NCBI GenBank assembly: GCA_963764725.1
Contig: CAVXTM010000015.1
Location: 160,001 to 224,000, forward strand
Direction of reading: 5' to 3'
DNA length: 64,000 nt
DNA from: an uncultured Gammaproteobacteria bacterium
GTDB lineage: Bacteria > Pseudomonadota > Gammaproteobacteria > JACCXJ01
In this document: piece after piece, positions 39,103-51,934 of the stretch
Numbering within the stretch: the stretch's first letter is position 1
Layout of the letters: every line of letters starts with the position of its first letter
Made by a program: the position numbers and the translations under genes
Notes under the pieces: generated by a model
Databases searched by the model: none
Seen by the model: only the letters and a program-made list of their open reading frames with translations
Told to the model about the DNA's origin: nothing

Positions 39103-39483
39103 ATGTTAAATCCAAAGGCGGAAATTCAAGAAGGGAAGGGCGACGTCTTTAAGCTCGCTCTAGCCCTGTTGCTAGTCACTGGCGCTATGGCCGCGTTCTA
39201 TTTCTACAGCGACCAGTCGTTACTGTTGCGGGTCGTCGGGCTCTTGGCCGTGGCAGGTGTCGCCGGGGCGCTGGCGCTGCAGACGGCGCAGGGGCGCGAT
39301 GTTTGGGGATTCTTCAAGGAGGCTCAGATCGAGGTGCGCAAGGTCGTATGGCCGACGCGCCAGGAAACGACCCGCATGACCTTAATCGTCATCGCCATGG
39401 TTATCGCGATGGCAGCCATCCTTTGGCTGCTTGACTCCCTGCTTGCGTGGTTGGTGCAATGGCTCACCGGGCAGAGAGGCTGA
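39103..39483 (+). CDS. secE: Preprotein translocase subunit SecE
   Basis: [13 protein letters not shown] motif; three TM segments. Confidence 0.96.
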   Translation: MLNPKAEIQEGKGDVFKLALALLLVTGAMAAFYFYSDQSLLLRVVGLLAVAGVAGALALQTAQGRDVWGFFKEAQIEVRKVVWPTRQETTRMTLIVIAMVIAMAAILWLLDSLLAWLVQWLTGQRG

Positions 39484-39487
39484 TGGC

Positions 39488-40021
39488 ATGACGTTGCGTT
39501 GGTATGTCGTGCACGCCTATTCGGGGGCCGAGAACCAAGTGAAGCGCTCGTTGCACGAGCGCATCCAACGCAGTGGCTTGCAACACAAGTTCGGCGACAT
39601 CTTGGTGCCGACCGAGGAGGTCGTGGAGCTGCGGGATGGACAGAAACGCAAGACGGACCGCAAGTTCTTTCCGGGTTATGTATTAGTTCAGATGGAAATG
39701 GACGAGGACACCTGGCACCTGGTAAGAGAGGTGCCGAAGGTAATGGGTTTCATCGGTGGAAGCGGCGATCGGCCCGCGGCGATCACGGATCAGGAAGCCG
39801 AAAAGATCTTGCATCGCATGCAAGAAGGCACCGATAAGCCGCGACCGAAGGTATTGTTCGAGGTGGGCGAGGTGGTGCGGGTTAAGGAAGGGCCGTTCAC
39901 GGATTTTAGCGGTGTAGTCGAAGAAGTGAACTACGAAAAAAACCGCTTACGCGTGGCGGTGTTAATCTTCGGCCGCGCGACGCCGGTGGAGCTGGAGTTT
40001 AGTCAGGTCGAGAAGGAATGA
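39488..40021 (+). CDS. nusG: Transcription factor NusG
   Basis: [31 protein letters not shown]. Confidence 0.98.
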   Translation: MTLRWYVVHAYSGAENQVKRSLHERIQRSGLQHKFGDILVPTEEVVELRDGQKRKTDRKFFPGYVLVQMEMDEDTWHLVREVPKVMGFIGGSGDRPAAITDQEAEKILHRMQEGTDKPRPKVLFEVGEVVRVKEGPFTDFSGVVEEVNYEKNRLRVAVLIFGRATPVELEFSQVEKE

Positions 40022-40070
40022 CGGAGCGCGATGGCTTACGCAACAGGATGCTTAATCAAGAGAGGCACAC

Positions 40071-40502
40071 GTGGCAAAAAAAATACAAGCGTACGTAAAG
40101 CTGCAAGTCCCCGCGGGCAAGGCAAATCCGAGCCCGCCGGTTGGGCCGGCCTTGGGCCAGCACGGTGTGAATATCATGGAGTTCTGCAAGGCCTTCAACG
40201 CCCATACACAAGGGCTCGAGCCGGGATTACCAACTCCGGTGGTCATCACCGTCTTCGCGGACCGCAGTTTTACGTTTATTACCAAGACCCCGCCCGCATC
40301 GGTGCTGCTGCGCAAGGCCTTGGGACTCGAAAAAGGCAGCAGCACTCCCAACAGCCACAAGATGGGACGGGTCACGCGGGAGCAGCTCGAAACAATCGCC
40401 AAGACCAAGGAACCGGATTTGACGGCGGCGAGCTTGGAAGGGGCGCTGCGCACGATCGGCGGTACCGCGCGAAGTATGGGTATTGAAGTCGAGGGCGTTT
40501 AG
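40071..40502 (+). CDS. rplK: 50S ribosomal protein L11
   Basis: [15 protein letters not shown]. Confidence 0.99.
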   Translation: MAKKIQAYVKLQVPAGKANPSPPVGPALGQHGVNIMEFCKAFNAHTQGLEPGLPTPVVITVFADRSFTFITKTPPASVLLRKALGLEKGSSTPNSHKMGRVTREQLETIAKTKEPDLTAASLEGALRTIGGTARSMGIEVEGV

Positions 40503-40504
40503 TC

Positions 40505-41203
40505 ATGGCGAAGCGGAGTAAACGAGGGAAAGCGGAGCGGGAAAAAGTCGTCGCGGGTCAACAGTATGCCGTGGATGAGGGCCTGCGACTCCTCAAAGAG
40601 GTCGCCTCCGCAAAGTTCGACGAATCGGTCGAAGTGGCGATCAACCTGGGCATCGACGCGCGCAGATCGGACCAGTCGGTGCGGGGCGCCATCGTCTTGC
40701 CCCATGGCACTGGAAAGCAGGTGCGGGTCGCCGTGTTCGCCGAGGGTGCCAAGGCCGAGGCGGCGCGCGCCGCGGGCGCCGACATCGTGGGACTCCAGGA
40801 TCTGGCCCAGCAAGTGAAGGCGGGTCAGATCGATTTCGATGTGGCCGTCGCCGCACCCGAGAGCATGGCCATCGTGGGTCAACTCGGCCAAATCCTGGGA
40901 CCGCGCGGCCTGATGCCGAATCCCAAGGTCGGCACCGTTACCCCGGATGTAGCTACGGCGGTAAGAAACGCGAAGGCCGGACAAGTGCGCTTCAAGAGCG
41001 ATAAATCCGGTATAGTCCATTGCTGTATCGGCAAGGTTTCGTTTGAGGCCGGCGCCCTGCGGGAGAACTTGGCGACGATTGTCGCCGCCCTCAACAAGGC
41101 CAAGCCGGCGGCAGCGAAAGGTGTTTACCTGAAGAAGGTGAGCGTCGCTAGCACCATGGGGCCGGGGATCCAGTTGGATCGAGTGAGCGTCGCCGGGACC
41201 TAG
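40505..41203 (+). CDS. rplA: 50S ribosomal protein L1
   Basis: [23 protein letters not shown]. Confidence 0.99.
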   Translation: MAKRSKRGKAEREKVVAGQQYAVDEGLRLLKEVASAKFDESVEVAINLGIDARRSDQSVRGAIVLPHGTGKQVRVAVFAEGAKAEAARAAGADIVGLQDLAQQVKAGQIDFDVAVAAPESMAIVGQLGQILGPRGLMPNPKVGTVTPDVATAVRNAKAGQVRFKSDKSGIVHCCIGKVSFEAGALRENLATIVAALNKAKPAAAKGVYLKKVSVASTMGPGIQLDRVSVAGT

Positions 41204-41342
41204 GCCGTGCGCGGCCGGCGCAGAGTGACGGCTGGAGCTTTGGATAAGGCGCCAGTCTACGAGGAGATGGCTGGCTTGGTGATTTAGCCAGTCCGCTGGC
41301 GATCGACGAGAGTCGCGAAGTGTCTTAAACAGGAGGGCAGGT

Positions 41343-41870
41343 GTGACGCTTAATTTGGAAGCAAAGCAAGCTATCGTAGCCGAGGTGGCGGATGTCGCGC
41401 GTAGCGCTCATTCCGCGGTTGCCGCCGAATACGCGGGATTATCCGTCGCACAAATGACGGACCTGCGCAACGCAGCGCGCAAAGCGGGGGTTTATTTGCG
41501 CGTAGTGAGAAACACGCTGGCGCGCAGGGCCGTGTCCGATACCCAATTTTCGTGCATGCGTGAAGGTATGGTGGGACCGCTGGTATTGGCGTTCGCCCGC
41601 GAGGATCCCGGGGCTGCCGCACGAGTGATCGACGAGTTCGCGAAAAGAAACGATAAACTCGTCGTGCGATTGGTCGCGCTCGCTGGCAAGCTGCTCGATC
41701 CGAGCGCCATCAAAGCGGTTGCGAACCTCCCGACGCGGGAACAGGCTATCAGCCGTCTGATGGCGGTCATGCAGGCCCCGGTAGCCAAGCTCGTGCGGAC
41801 GCTAGCCGAACCGCATACGCGCTTGGTGCGCGTGCTGGCGGCCGTACGCGATCAAAAGCAAGCGGCTTAA
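41343..41870 (+). CDS. rplJ: 50S ribosomal protein L10
   Basis: VVRNTLARRA, LPTREQA; operon position. Confidence 0.98.
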   Translation: MTLNLEAKQAIVAEVADVARSAHSAVAAEYAGLSVAQMTDLRNAARKAGVYLRVVRNTLARRAVSDTQFSCMREGMVGPLVLAFAREDPGAAARVIDEFAKRNDKLVVRLVALAGKLLDPSAIKAVANLPTREQAISRLMAVMQAPVAKLVRTLAEPHTRLVRVLAAVRDQKQAA

Positions 41871-41910
41871 CCATCGTCACAGGCATTTTTAGTTAGGAGG
41901 CTTACCTATC

Positions 41911-42291
41911 ATGGCAGTGTCAAAAGTAGAGATCTTGGAGGCCATTTCCAAGATGACGGTTCTCGAAGTGGTGGACCTTGTTGAGGCTATGGAAGAAAAG
42001 TTCGGAGTGTCGGCCGCGGTCGCAGTCGCGCCGGCCGCCGCCGGCGCCGGAGGGGCGCCGGCGGCAGCAGTGGAAGAGCAGACCGAGTTCACCGTGCTAA
42101 TGACGAGCTTCGGAGAAAACAAAGTTGGCGTGATCAAGACGGTGCGCGCGATTACCGGCCTTGGACTTAAAGAAGCTAAAGACCTGGTTGAAGGCGTGCC
42201 CTCGGCGGTTAAAGAAGCGGTGCCAAAGGAGGAAGCGGAAACCATCAAGAAGCAACTGCAAGAGGCGGGTGCGACGGTTGAGGTCAAGTAA
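41911..42291 (+). CDS. rplL: 50S ribosomal protein L7/L12
   Basis: [21 protein letters not shown]. Confidence 0.99.
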   Translation: MAVSKVEILEAISKMTVLEVVDLVEAMEEKFGVSAAVAVAPAAAGAGGAPAAAVEEQTEFTVLMTSFGENKVGVIKTVRAITGLGLKEAKDLVEGVPSAVKEAVPKEEAETIKKQLQEAGATVEVK

Positions 42292-42384
42292 CAGCAGGCA
42301 CCTTGTCTCGGTTGTCTGCTCACGCCCATGGGGTGATGCGAGGCACCTCCAGTGCTATAGCACTTTAGAACGCGGATCTTAACG

Positions 42385-45300
42385 ATGACCTATTCGTACA
42401 CAGAGAAAAAGCGTATTCGTAAGGATTTCGGTAAGCGTCCAAGCATACTCGACGTTCCCTATTTGTTGACGACACAAATCGATTCCTACCGAGATTTCCT
42501 GCAAGCCGATAGCGCGCAAGAAGCGCGCGTAGGCAGGGGCTTACATGCCGCGTTTACCTCGGTCTTTCCGATCGTGAGCTACTCCGGAAACGCGCTGCTC
42601 GAATATGTCAGCTACCGCCTCGGTACGCCTATATTCGATGTGAAGGAATGTCAGGTGCGGGGGCTCACCTATGCCGCGGCATTGCGAGTGAAGGTCAGGC
42701 TCGTTATCCATGACAAAGAGTCGAGCGCAGCACGCACCGTCAAGGATATCAAGGAGCAAGAAGTTTACATGGGCGAATTGCCGCTCATGACCAGCAACGG
42801 CACCTTCGTCATCAACGGCACCGAGCGCGTCATCGTTTCGCAGTTACATCGATCGCCTGGTGTTTTTTTCGAGCACGATAAAGGCAAAACGCATTCCTCG
42901 GGTAAACTACTGTTCTCGGCGCGGGTCATCCCCTATCGGGGTTCATGGCTGGATTTCGAGTTCGATCCCAAGGACTATCTGTACGTGCGCATCGATAGGC
43001 GCAGGAAGATCCCGGCGACTATCCTACTGCGCGCTCTCGGTTATACCCCCGCGGAAATTCTCGACGTTTTCTTCGAAAAGATAGTCTTTGAGATCGGAAA
43101 GCGCACGATCAAAATGGAGCTCATCGCAGAACGGCTGCGGGGCGAGACGCTGGCCTTCGATATCAAAGACGATCATGATCAGATTCTGGTCGAGAAGGAT
43201 CGACGTATTACGGTCCGGCACGTCAATGCTCTTAAGAAGGCGGGACTAAAGCACATCGTAGTGCCACGCGATTACGTGATCGGAAAGGTGCTGGTCAGTG
43301 ATGTCGTGGACTCCGAAACCGGGGAGATCGTCGCACAAGCCAATGACCCGGTCACCCACGATTTCTTGGAAAAATGCAGCGCCTGCGGCATTACGTCCAT
43401 CACTACGATCTATACCAACGATTTGGACCGCGGGTCTTACATCTCGGACACCTTACGGGTCGATCCGACGCGCTCCCCGGGAGAGGCTCAAGTGGAGATC
43501 TACCGCATGATGCGTCCCGGCGAACCGCCGACACGGGAAGCGGCCGATAATCTGTTTAAGAACCTGTTTTTCAGCCCTGACCGCTATGATTTATCCGCGG
43601 TGGGCCGCATGAAGTTCAATCGGCGGGTCGGGCGCGCGGAGCCGAAGGGAGCAAGCGTCCTGTCGAAGGAAGACATCATCGATGTGCTCAGGGCGTTAAT
43701 CGATATCCGTAACGGAAACGGAACCGTCGATGACATCGATCACCTTGGAAATAGGCGCGTGCGTAGCGTGGGCGAAATGGTCGAAAATCAGTTTCGCATC
43801 GGCTTGGTGCGGGTCGAGCGGGCAGTCAAGGAGCGCTTGAGTCTTGCGGAGTCCGAAGGGACCATGCCGCAGGAGCTCATCAACGCGAAGCCGGTGTCGG
43901 CGGTCATCAAGGAGTTTTTCGGCTCGAGTCAGTTGTCGCAATTCATGGATCAGAACAACCCGCTGTCGGAGGTCACGCACAAACGCCGCATCTCCGCGCT
44001 CGGTCCCGGCGGACTTACCCGCGAGCGGGCCGGTTTCGAGGTTCGCGATGTGCACCCCACCCATTATGGGCGGGTGTGTCCGATCGAGACGCCGGAAGGA
44101 CCGAATATCGGTTTGATTAATTCGCTCGCGGTGTACGCGCGGACTAACCGCTACGGTTTCCTCGAGACGCCCTACCGAAAAGTCGCGGACAGCAAGGTGA
44201 CGACCGAGGTGGAATACCTGTCCGCTATCGAGGAGGGCCAGTACGTCATCGCCCAAGCAAACGCGAAGCTGGATGCCGACGGCCGGCTCATCGATGACCT
44301 GGTCTCGTGCCGCTATCAGAATGAATTTACCTTGTCAACGCCCGATAAGGTCGAGTACATGGACGTCTCGCCGAAGCAAATCGTGTCGGTGGCGGCGTCG
44401 CTCATCCCCTTCCTCGAGCATGACGACGCCAATCGCGCGCTCATGGGCTCCAACATGCAGCGCCAAGCCGTGCCCACGCTGCGCGCGCAGATGCCGCTGG
44501 TCGGGACCGGTATGGAACGCGCCGTCGCGATCGACTCGGGCGTCGCGGTGGTGGCCGAACGTAGCGGCGTGGTCGATTCGGTGGATGCCAGCCGGATCGT
44601 GGTGAGGAGCGAGGAGGAGGACGACACCGATGCGGGTCAGCCGGGCGTCAATATTTACAATCTTACCAAATATACCCGCTCGAACCAGAACACCTGCATC
44701 AACCAAAGGCCCCTGGTGCAACCGGGCGATCGGATCGCGCAAGGCGATGTGTTGGCCGATGGCCCCGCCACCGACCTCGGCGAGCTTGCGCTAGGGCAGA
44801 ATATGCTGGTCGCGTTCATGCCTTGGAACGGTTACAACTTCGAGGACTCGATCTTGATTTCCGAGCGCGTCGTCGAAGAGGACCGCTACACCAGCATTCA
44901 CATCGAAGAGCTCAACTGCATCGCCCGCGACACCAAGCTCGGACCGGAGGAGATCACGGGAGATATTCCGAACGTGAGCGAGAGCGCGCTCGGAAAGCTG
45001 GATCAGTCGGGAATCGTCTATATCGGTGCCGAAGTCAACCCCGGTGATATTCTGGTGGGCAAGGTTACACCGAAAGGCGAGACGCAACTGACGCCTGAAG
45101 AAAAGCTACTTCGGGCGATCTTCGGTGAAAAGGCTTCCGACGTGAAGGACACTTCGCTACGGGTGCCCTCGGGCATGAGCGGAACGGTGATCGATGTCCA
45201 TGTGTTTACGCGCGACGGGATAGAGAAGGATGCCCGGGCTTTGGAGATCGAGACGGCGGAGCTCATGCGAGTCAAGCAAGACTTCGACGACCAACTGCGG

Positions 45301-46464
45301 ATCCTGGAAGGTGACGTTTATCAGCGCATCGAGAAAGCCCTGCTCGGCAAGGTGGCCGACGGAGGTCCGGGTGGGCTGAAGGCCGGAACCAAAATCACCA
45401 AGGCCTATTTAGAAGGGCTGAAGCGCGAGAAGTGGCTTGACCTCAAGATACGCAGTGGGGAGGGGCAGGCGCAGCTCGATCGATTGGCGGCGCTGGTTGC
45501 TCAGCAACAGCAAGAGTTCGATCGCCGCTTCGAGGAAAAGCGTTCGAAAATAACCTCCGGCGATGATCTTGCCCCCGGTGTGCTGAAGATGGTCAAGGTC
45601 TATCTCGCGGTAAAACGCCGTGTTCAACCCGGTGACAAGATGGCCGGCCGGCACGGCAACAAGGGTGTCATTTCAACCATCGTGCCCGTCGAGGACATGC
45701 CGTTCATGGAAGATGGCACCCCGATTGATATCGTCCTCAACCCCTTGGGCGTTCCCTCGCGCATGAATGTGGGCCAGGTACTGGAAACACATCTCGGGTG
45801 GGCCGCGAAAGGTGTCGGCGAGCGCATAGGGAAGATGTTGGACGTCGCGACTAAAGTGACCGAGATCCGGCAGTTCTTAGAGCGCGTCTATAACACTAGC
45901 GGCAAGCAGGAAGAGTTTTCCGCGCTTAGTGATGAGGAGATCCGCGCGCTCTGCATGAATCTCCGCCAAGGTGTCCCGGTGGCCACGCCGGTCTTTGACG
46001 GGGCCTCGGACCGAGAGATTAAAGACTTGCTGAAACTCGCGGGCTTACCCGAGAGTGGTCAGGCGGTCCTGCGTGACGGCCGTACGGGTATGTTCTTCGA
46101 TCGTCCCGTGACCGTTGGGTACATGTATATACTGAAGCTTAACCACCTTGTCGATGACAAGATGCACGCGCGCTCCACCGGTCCGTACAGTCTGGTGACG
46201 CAACAGCCCTTAGGCGGAAAGGCGCAGTTCGGAGGCCAGCGGTTCGGGGAGATGGAAGTGTGGGCGCTCGAGGCCTACGGCTCCGCTTATACGCTACAGG
46301 AGATGTTGACGGTCAAATCCGATGACGTGAATGGGCGCACCCGGATGTATAAGAACATCGTTGACGGGGACCATCGTGTGGAAGCCGGGATGCCGGAATC
46401 CTTCAACGTGTTGTTGAAGGAGTTACGGTCTTTGGCAATCGACATCGAGCTCGATCAGAAGTGA
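42385..46464 (+). CDS. rpoB: RNA polymerase beta subunit
   Basis: [38 protein letters not shown]. Confidence 0.99.
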   Translation: MTYSYTEKKRIRKDFGKRPSILDVPYLLTTQIDSYRDFLQADSAQEARVGRGLHAAFTSVFPIVSYSGNALLEYVSYRLGTPIFDVKECQVRGLTYAAALRVKVRLVIHDKESSAARTVKDIKEQEVYMGELPLMTSNGTFVINGTERVIVSQLHRSPGVFFEHDKGKTHSSGKLLFSARVIPYRGSWLDFEFDPKDYLYVRIDRRRKIPATILLRALGYTPAEILDVFFEKIVFEIGKRTIKMELIAERLRGETLAFDIKDDHDQILVEKDRRITVRHVNALKKAGLKHIVVPRDYVIGKVLVSDVVDSETGEIVAQANDPVTHDFLEKCSACGITSITTIYTNDLDRGSYISDTLRVDPTRSPGEAQVEIYRMMRPGEPPTREAADNLFKNLFFSPDRYDLSAVGRMKFNRRVGRAEPKGASVLSKEDIIDVLRALIDIRNGNGTVDDIDHLGNRRVRSVGEMVENQFRIGLVRVERAVKERLSLAESEGTMPQELINAKPVSAVIKEFFGSSQLSQFMDQNNPLSEVTHKRRISALGPGGLTRERAGFEVRDVHPTHYGRVCPIETPEGPNIGLINSLAVYARTNRYGFLETPYRKVADSKVTTEVEYLSAIEEGQYVIAQANAKLDADGRLIDDLVSCRYQNEFTLSTPDKVEYMDVSPKQIVSVAASLIPFLEHDDANRALMGSNMQRQAVPTLRAQMPLVGTGMERAVAIDSGVAVVAERSGVVDSVDASRIVVRSEEEDDTDAGQPGVNIYNLTKYTRSNQNTCINQRPLVQPGDRIAQGDVLADGPATDLGELALGQNMLVAFMPWNGYNFEDSILISERVVEEDRYTSIHIEELNCIARDTKLGPEEITGDIPNVSESALGKLDQSGIVYIGAEVNPGDILVGKVTPKGETQLTPEEKLLRAIFGEKASDVKDTSLRVPSGMSGTVIDVHVFTRDGIEKDARALEIETAELMRVKQDFDDQLRILEGDVYQRIEKALLGKVADGGPGGLKAGTKITKAYLEGLKREKWLDLKIRSGEGQAQLDRLAALVAQQQQEFDRRFEEKRSKITSGDDLAPGVLKMVKVYLAVKRRVQPGDKMAGRHGNKGVISTIVPVEDMPFMEDGTPIDIVLNPLGVPSRMNVGQVLETHLGWAAKGVGERIGKMLDVATKVTEIRQFLERVYNTSGKQEEFSALSDEEIRALCMNLRQGVPVATPVFDGASDREIKDLLKLAGLPESGQAVLRDGRTGMFFDRPVTVGYMYILKLNHLVDDKMHARSTGPYSLVTQQPLGGKAQFGGQRFGEMEVWALEAYGSAYTLQEMLTVKSDDVNGRTRMYKNIVDGDHRVEAGMPESFNVLLKELRSLAIDIELDQK

Positions 46465-46522
46465 TGCGTTATCGCACGTTTCCCCGGTCCACCTAGCAAG
46501 GACTCGGGAAGGAGGAATAGCC

Positions 46523-49500
46523 TTGAAAGATCTATTGAATCTCCTGAGGCAACAGGGCCTTAGCGAGGAATTTGACGCCATCACTATCGGCATCGCTTCG
46601 CCGGAGAAGATCCGCTCCTGGTCCTACGGTGAGGTCAAGAAGCCCGAGACCATCAACTACCGGACCTTCAAACCGGAACGCGACGGTCTATTCTGCGCCA
46701 AAATCTTTGGGCCGGTTAAGGACTACGAATGCCTGTGCGGAAAGTACAAGCGGCTCAAGCACCGCGGGGTGGTCTGTGAAAAATGCGGTGTTGAGGTCAC
46801 CCTGGCCAAAGTCCGGCGCGAGCGGATGGGCCATATCGAGCTCGCCAGTCCCGTGGCCCACATCTGGTTCCTGAAATCATTACCCTCACGCATGGGTTTG
46901 CTGCTAGATCTTTCCTTGCGGGAAATCGAACGCATCCTCTATTTCGAGGCCTACGTCGTCATCGATCCCGGTACGACGCCCCTCGAACGCGGCCAATTGC
47001 TGACCGAGGAAATGTATCTGGATTCGATGGAGCAATACGGCGATGAATTCAACGCGCGTATGGGCGCCGAGGCCGTGCACGCGCTCCTGCGAACCATCAA
47101 TCTTCGGGTCGAGATCGCCAAGATCCGCGAGGCGCTGCCAAACACCGCCTCCGAGACGAAGTTAAAGAAGCTCAATAAACGGCTCAAGCTGCTCGAGGCG
47201 CTCGTGTCCTCGGGTAACCGTCCCGAATGGATGGTGATGACCGTGCTGCCCGTCCTGCCTCCCGAATTGCGCCCGCTGGTCCCGCTCGATGGCGGTCGCT
47301 TCGCCACCTCCGATCTCAACGATCTCTACCGGCGCGTGATCAACCGGAATAACCGTTTGAAGCGCTTGTTGGATCTCAGCGCCCCGGACATCATCGTCCG
47401 CAATGAGAAGCGCATGCTGCAAGAAGCCGTGGACGCGCTGCTCGATAACGGACGCCGGGGGCGTGCCATCACGGGGACCAACAAGCTCCCGCTGAAATCC
47501 CTTGCCGACATGATCAAGGGCAAGCAAGGCAGGTTCCGGCAGAACCTGCTCGGCAAACGCGTCGATTATTCCGGGCGCTCTGTGATCGTGGTGGGGCCGA
47601 CCTTGAAGCTGCACCAATGCGGGTTGCCCAAAAAGATGGCGCTGGAATTATTCAAGCCTTTCATCTTCAGCAAATTGGAACGCCTGGGCATGGCCACCAC
47701 GATCAAGGCCTCGAAAAAGATGGTGGAGCGCGAGGGCCCAGAGGTATGGGACATCCTCGAGGACGTGATCCGCGAGCACCCGGTACTGCTGAACCGGGCG
47801 CCGACCTTGCACCGGCTAGGAATACAGGCTTTCGAACCGGTGCTCGTCGAAGGCAAAGCGATCCAACTACATCCTTTGGTTTGCACGGCTTTTAACGCCG
47901 ACTTCGACGGCGATCAAATGGCGGTGCACGTGCCGTTGTCGATCGAAGCTCAGCTTGAGGCGCGCACCTTGATGATGTTGACCAATAACATACTCTCGCC
48001 GGCCAATGGCGAACCCATCATCGTGCCAACGCAAGATGTCGTTTTGGGCTTGTATTACCTAACTCGGGAGCGTGCCGGGGCCAGTGGCGAGGGTATGGCT
48101 TTGACCGATCTCGATGAGGTGCATCGCGCGCATGCGAGCGGTTCGGCCGATCTGCACGCCCGCATCAAGGTGAGGATCCGCGAGGTCGTTCAAGACCAGT
48201 TCGGGCAGCGTCGGGAGGTTTCGCGGTGCGTCGAGACCACGGTCGGACGGGCCTTGTTATCGCAAGTGCTGCCGAAGGAGCTTCCGTTCGACCTCATCAA
48301 CAAGGAACTGAATAAGCGCGCCATCTCCACTCTGATCAATGCCTGTTATCGCCAACTGGGCCTCAAGGATACCGTGATTTTCGCGGATCGGCTCATGTAC
48401 ACGGGTTTTAATCATGCTACACGCGCGGGTATATCCATCAGCGTAAACGATATGGTGGTCCCGGAGGAGAAAAGAGAGATCATCGGCAGGGCGGAGGATG
48501 CGATCAAGGAGATCGAGGGGCAATATGCGTCGGGCCTGGTCACCAAGGGTGAGCGCTATAACAAGGTCATCGACATCTGGTCGCATACGAATGATCAAGT
48601 GGCTAAAGCGATGATGGACAAGCTCGGTACGGATCTAGTCAGGGTCCAGGGCAAGGACATCCGCCAGACCTCGTTCAATTCGATTTTCATGATGGCTGAT
48701 TCCGGCGCCCGCGGATCGGCGGCGCAGATCCGTCAGCTCGCGGGTATGCGCGGATTGATGGCCAAACCGGACGGGTCGATCATCGAGACACCCATCACGG
48801 CCAACTTCAGGGAAGGCCTGGACGTCTTACAGTATTTCATCTCGACGCATGGCGCGCGTAAGGGCCTTGCCGACACGGCCTTAAAAACCGCGAACTCCGG
48901 CTATCTGACCCGCCGCCTGGTGGATGTGGCGCAAGACCTCGTGGTTACCGAAGAGGACTGCAAGACCACGGAGGGTTTTCTCATGGCGCCGATCATCGAA
49001 GGCGGTAATGTCGTGGAGCACCTCCGCGACCGGGTGCTCGGGCGGGTGGTGGCGGAGGATGTGCGCCGGGCGGGCGAAAGTGGGGTCGTCGTGCCTGCCG
49101 GAACCCTATTGGATGAGCGCTGGGCCGAGCGAATGGAAGCCGCCGGTGTGGATCAGGTGAAGGTGCGTTCGCCGATCACCTGCCGGACGCGCTATGGAGT
49201 TTGTGGCGCCTGCTACGGTCGCGATCTCTCGCGCGGGCATCTGGTTAACGTGGGCGAAGCGGTCGGCGTGATCGCGGCGCAGTCGATCGGCGAGCCCGGC
49301 ACGCAGTTGACCATGCGCACCTTTCACATCGGCGGCGCCGCCTCCAGGGCGGCGGCGGCAAACAGCATCGAAGCCAGGTCGAAGGGAGTTATCCGGCTCC
49401 ATAGCATCAAATTGCTCAAGCAAGAAACGGGGACCTACGTCGCGGTGTCCCGGTCGGGCGAAATCTCGGTCGTGGACGAGTTCGGGCGGGAGCGCGAACG

Positions 49501-50701
49501 CTACAAAGTCCCTTACGGCGGGGTGCTGACGGTTACCGACGGGTTTGAGGTTCAGCCCGGGCAGGTGATCGCGACTTGGGATCCCCATACTCACCCCGTT
49601 ATTACGGAAGTGGCGGGCGTGGTGGCGTTCGCGGATATCGTCGAAGGGGTCACCGTGAACCGGCACATCGATGAGATCACCGGTCTGACCAGCATCGTAG
49701 TAATGGATCCGAAACAACGGCCGTCCAGCGCCAAAGACCTGCGGCCGGTCGTCAAGCTTGTCGACGCCGAGGGTACGGATCTCAAGATCCCGGGCACGGA
49801 GATCCCAGCGCACTATTTCCTGCCGCCGCGGGCCATTGTGAATGTCGAGGACGGCGCCAACGTGAAAGTCGGCGATGTCATCGCGAGATTGCCTCAGGAG
49901 TCCTTAAAGACGCGTGATATTACCGGGGGGCTGCCACGCGTAGCCGATCTGTTCGAGGCGCGCCGACCGAAAGAGGCCGCCGTCCTTGCCGAGGTCTCGG
50001 GGACGGTCAGCTTCGGACGCGACACCAAGGGGAAGCAACGTTTGGTGCTCACCGACCAGACGGGCGAACAAACGGAGATCCTTATCCCGAAATGGCGTCA
50101 AGTCGCCGTGTTTGAAGGAGAGCATGTCGAGAGGGGCGAAGTGATCGTGGACGGCGCGCCGGACTCGCACGATATTTTGCGCCTGAAAGGCGTCTATGCG
50201 TTGACGAACTATATCGTCAATGAAGTGCAGGACGTATACCGCCTGCAAGGGGTGAAGATCAACGACAAGCATATCGAGGTCATCGTGCGCCAAATGCTCC
50301 GCAAGGTGGAAATCACCGACCCCGGCGATACGCGCTTCCTCCTGGGTGAGCACGCCGAAAAAGAACGGGTGCTCGATGAAAACGAACGCGGCGCGCGGGA
50401 AGGCAAGAAACCGGCGCGGTGGGCGCAGATGCTGCTCGGAATTACCAAGGCTTCCTTGGCCACCGAATCGTTCATCTCGGCGGCGTCCTTCCAAGAAACG
50501 ACGCGGGTTTTGACCGAGGCGGCGGTAACCGGGAAACGCGACGAGCTGCGCGGGCTCAAGGAGAACGTCATCGTTGGGCGATTGATCCCAGCCGGAACGG
50601 GATTCGCCTTTCACGGGGAGCGACGCAGCCAACGTGAGGAACCGGTGGATCTGACAACCCGCTTCGCCGATCTCGGCGGGGCGGATGTAGCGGCGGGTTA
50701 G
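46523..50701 (+). CDS. rpoC: RNA polymerase beta' subunit
   Basis: NADFDGDQM, Zn finger, [13 protein letters not shown]. Confidence 0.99.
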   Translation: MKDLLNLLRQQGLSEEFDAITIGIASPEKIRSWSYGEVKKPETINYRTFKPERDGLFCAKIFGPVKDYECLCGKYKRLKHRGVVCEKCGVEVTLAKVRRERMGHIELASPVAHIWFLKSLPSRMGLLLDLSLREIERILYFEAYVVIDPGTTPLERGQLLTEEMYLDSMEQYGDEFNARMGAEAVHALLRTINLRVEIAKIREALPNTASETKLKKLNKRLKLLEALVSSGNRPEWMVMTVLPVLPPELRPLVPLDGGRFATSDLNDLYRRVINRNNRLKRLLDLSAPDIIVRNEKRMLQEAVDALLDNGRRGRAITGTNKLPLKSLADMIKGKQGRFRQNLLGKRVDYSGRSVIVVGPTLKLHQCGLPKKMALELFKPFIFSKLERLGMATTIKASKKMVEREGPEVWDILEDVIREHPVLLNRAPTLHRLGIQAFEPVLVEGKAIQLHPLVCTAFNADFDGDQMAVHVPLSIEAQLEARTLMMLTNNILSPANGEPIIVPTQDVVLGLYYLTRERAGASGEGMALTDLDEVHRAHASGSADLHARIKVRIREVVQDQFGQRREVSRCVETTVGRALLSQVLPKELPFDLINKELNKRAISTLINACYRQLGLKDTVIFADRLMYTGFNHATRAGISISVNDMVVPEEKREIIGRAEDAIKEIEGQYASGLVTKGERYNKVIDIWSHTNDQVAKAMMDKLGTDLVRVQGKDIRQTSFNSIFMMADSGARGSAAQIRQLAGMRGLMAKPDGSIIETPITANFREGLDVLQYFISTHGARKGLADTALKTANSGYLTRRLVDVAQDLVVTEEDCKTTEGFLMAPIIEGGNVVEHLRDRVLGRVVAEDVRRAGESGVVVPAGTLLDERWAERMEAAGVDQVKVRSPITCRTRYGVCGACYGRDLSRGHLVNVGEAVGVIAAQSIGEPGTQLTMRTFHIGGAASRAAAANSIEARSKGVIRLHSIKLLKQETGTYVAVSRSGEISVVDEFGRERERYKVPYGGVLTVTDGFEVQPGQVIATWDPHTHPVITEVAGVVAFADIVEGVTVNRHIDEITGLTSIVVMDPKQRPSSAKDLRPVVKLVDAEGTDLKIPGTEIPAHYFLPPRAIVNVEDGANVKVGDVIARLPQESLKTRDITGGLPRVADLFEARRPKEAAVLAEVSGTVSFGRDTKGKQRLVLTDQTGEQTEILIPKWRQVAVFEGEHVERGEVIVDGAPDSHDILRLKGVYALTNYIVNEVQDVYRLQGVKINDKHIEVIVRQMLRKVEITDPGDTRFLLGEHAEKERVLDENERGAREGKKPARWAQMLLGITKASLATESFISAASFQETTRVLTEAAVTGKRDELRGLKENVIVGRLIPAGTGFAFHGERRSQREEPVDLTTRFADLGGADVAAG

Positions 50702-50757
50702 GGAAAGTTGGCGTGCATGGAGTAGCGCAAGATCGTGAAAAATTAGGCCAGTTTAGC

Positions 50758-50787
50758 TTGACAGTTGGTGAGTCGAATTATTAAAAT
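50758..50787 (+). promoter_or_regulatory. sigma70 promoter of the str operon
   Basis: TTGACA-18 bp-TAAAAT. Confidence 0.7.
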
Positions 50788-50799
50788 TCCATAGTTTTG

Positions 50800-50832
50800 A
50801 CAGGCCGGAGCGATCCGGCCTGTGTTTTTTTT
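50800..50832 (+). terminator. Intrinsic terminator-like hairpin in the rpoC-rpsL gap
   Basis: ACAGGCCGGA-gcga-TCCGGCCTGT followed by gT8. Confidence 0.7.
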
Positions 50833-50877
50833 AGAAGCGGCCGGAAGTAATCGCCGCAGAGGGTGCTCTTTAACGGT

Positions 50878-51252
50878 ATGGCTACGATCAATCAACTGGT
50901 CAGGCGTCCGCGGAAACAACAGCGGCTAAAAAGCACCGTGCCGGCGCTTGAAGGATGTCCGCAGAAGCGCGGTGTCTGTACGCGCGTCTATACGACCACA
51001 CCCAAGAAACCGAACTCGGCCCTGCGAAAGGTCGCGCGCGTGCGGCTCACCAACGGCTATGAAGTGACGAGCTACATCGGGGGGGAGGGACACAACTTAC
51101 AGGAACATTCAGTGATCCTGATCCGTGGTGGACGGGTCAAGGACCTTCCCGGTGTTCGCTATCACACGGTACGAGGCATCTTGGATACTTCGGGTGTCGC
51201 GGCTCGCCGACAAGGGCGATCGAAGTACGGGGCTAAGCGCCCGAAGTCTTAG
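50878..51252 (+). CDS. rpsL: 30S ribosomal protein S12
   Basis: [24 protein letters not shown]. Confidence 0.99.
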   Translation: MATINQLVRRPRKQQRLKSTVPALEGCPQKRGVCTRVYTTTPKKPNSALRKVARVRLTNGYEVTSYIGGEGHNLQEHSVILIRGGRVKDLPGVRYHTVRGILDTSGVAARRQGRSKYGAKRPKS

Positions 51253-51396
51253 CGTTTGTGAAAAAACCTACTACGCTCAGGATCTCGCGTTCCGGCGGTA
51301 ACTCGGAATCCTCATGTATTTCAATATACACTCCGGTTCCTGCGCTCCGGCGGAACGCGACCTCCCTTCGCTCGCGACGGTTTTTTCACAAACTCT
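51251..51396 (+). repeat. Palindromic MITE copy B (146 bp, 17/18 bp TIR)
   Basis: AGCGTTTGTGAAAAAACC...GGTTTTTTCACAAACTCT with internal palindrome cgcgttccg/cggaacgcg. Confidence 0.9.
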
Positions 51397-51435
51397 TGGT
51401 TTTTAAAGTAGAAATACTGCGGATGATAGCTCGTT

Positions 51436-51906
51436 ATGTCTAGAAGACACGTCGCTGAACAACGAGTCATTTTGCCTGATCCAAAATACGGCGATGAGAC
51501 GATTGCGAAATTTATAAATATGGTCATGAATCAGGGAAAGAAATCCCTCGCCGAAAGGATTGTTTACGGAGCCTTGGAGCAAGTGGCCGCCAAGGGGCAA
51601 AGCGATGCTCTAGCGGCGTTCAAGCAAGCGCTCGACAACGTCCGGCCACGCGTTGAGGTCAAGTCGAGGCGCGTCGGCGGCGCCACCTATCAAGTGCCGG
51701 TCGAGGTGCGGGCCAAACGCCGTACGACCTTGGCAATGCGGTGGCTGGTCGATGCCTCCGACAAGCGTGGCGAGAAGACCTTCGGATCGAGGCTTGCCGC
51801 CGAAATTCTGGAAGCCTTGGAGAATCGAGGGACGGCGGTTAAGAAGCGTGAAGACACTCACCGTATGGCGGAAGCCAACCGCGCCTTTGCGCATTATCGC
51901 TGGTAG
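51436..51906 (+). CDS. rpsG: 30S ribosomal protein S7
   Basis: [30 protein letters not shown]. Confidence 0.99.
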   Translation: MSRRHVAEQRVILPDPKYGDETIAKFINMVMNQGKKSLAERIVYGALEQVAAKGQSDALAAFKQALDNVRPRVEVKSRRVGGATYQVPVEVRAKRRTTLAMRWLVDASDKRGEKTFGSRLAAEILEALENRGTAVKKREDTHRMAEANRAFAHYRW

Positions 51907-51934
51907 CGTACGTTGGTAGCGATAGAAACCCATC

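Noticed and set aside
41204-41342. L10 ribosomal leader RNA
   Set aside because: Expected here and hairpins exist, but I could not match the consensus well enough to call it.
42385-50701. Inteins, introns or fusions in rpoB/rpoC
   Set aside because: Lengths and motifs are normal; only isolated substitutions were seen.
51258-51443. 61 aa ORF between rpsL and rpsG
   Set aside because: Translation of MITE copy B; no independent evidence that it is coding.
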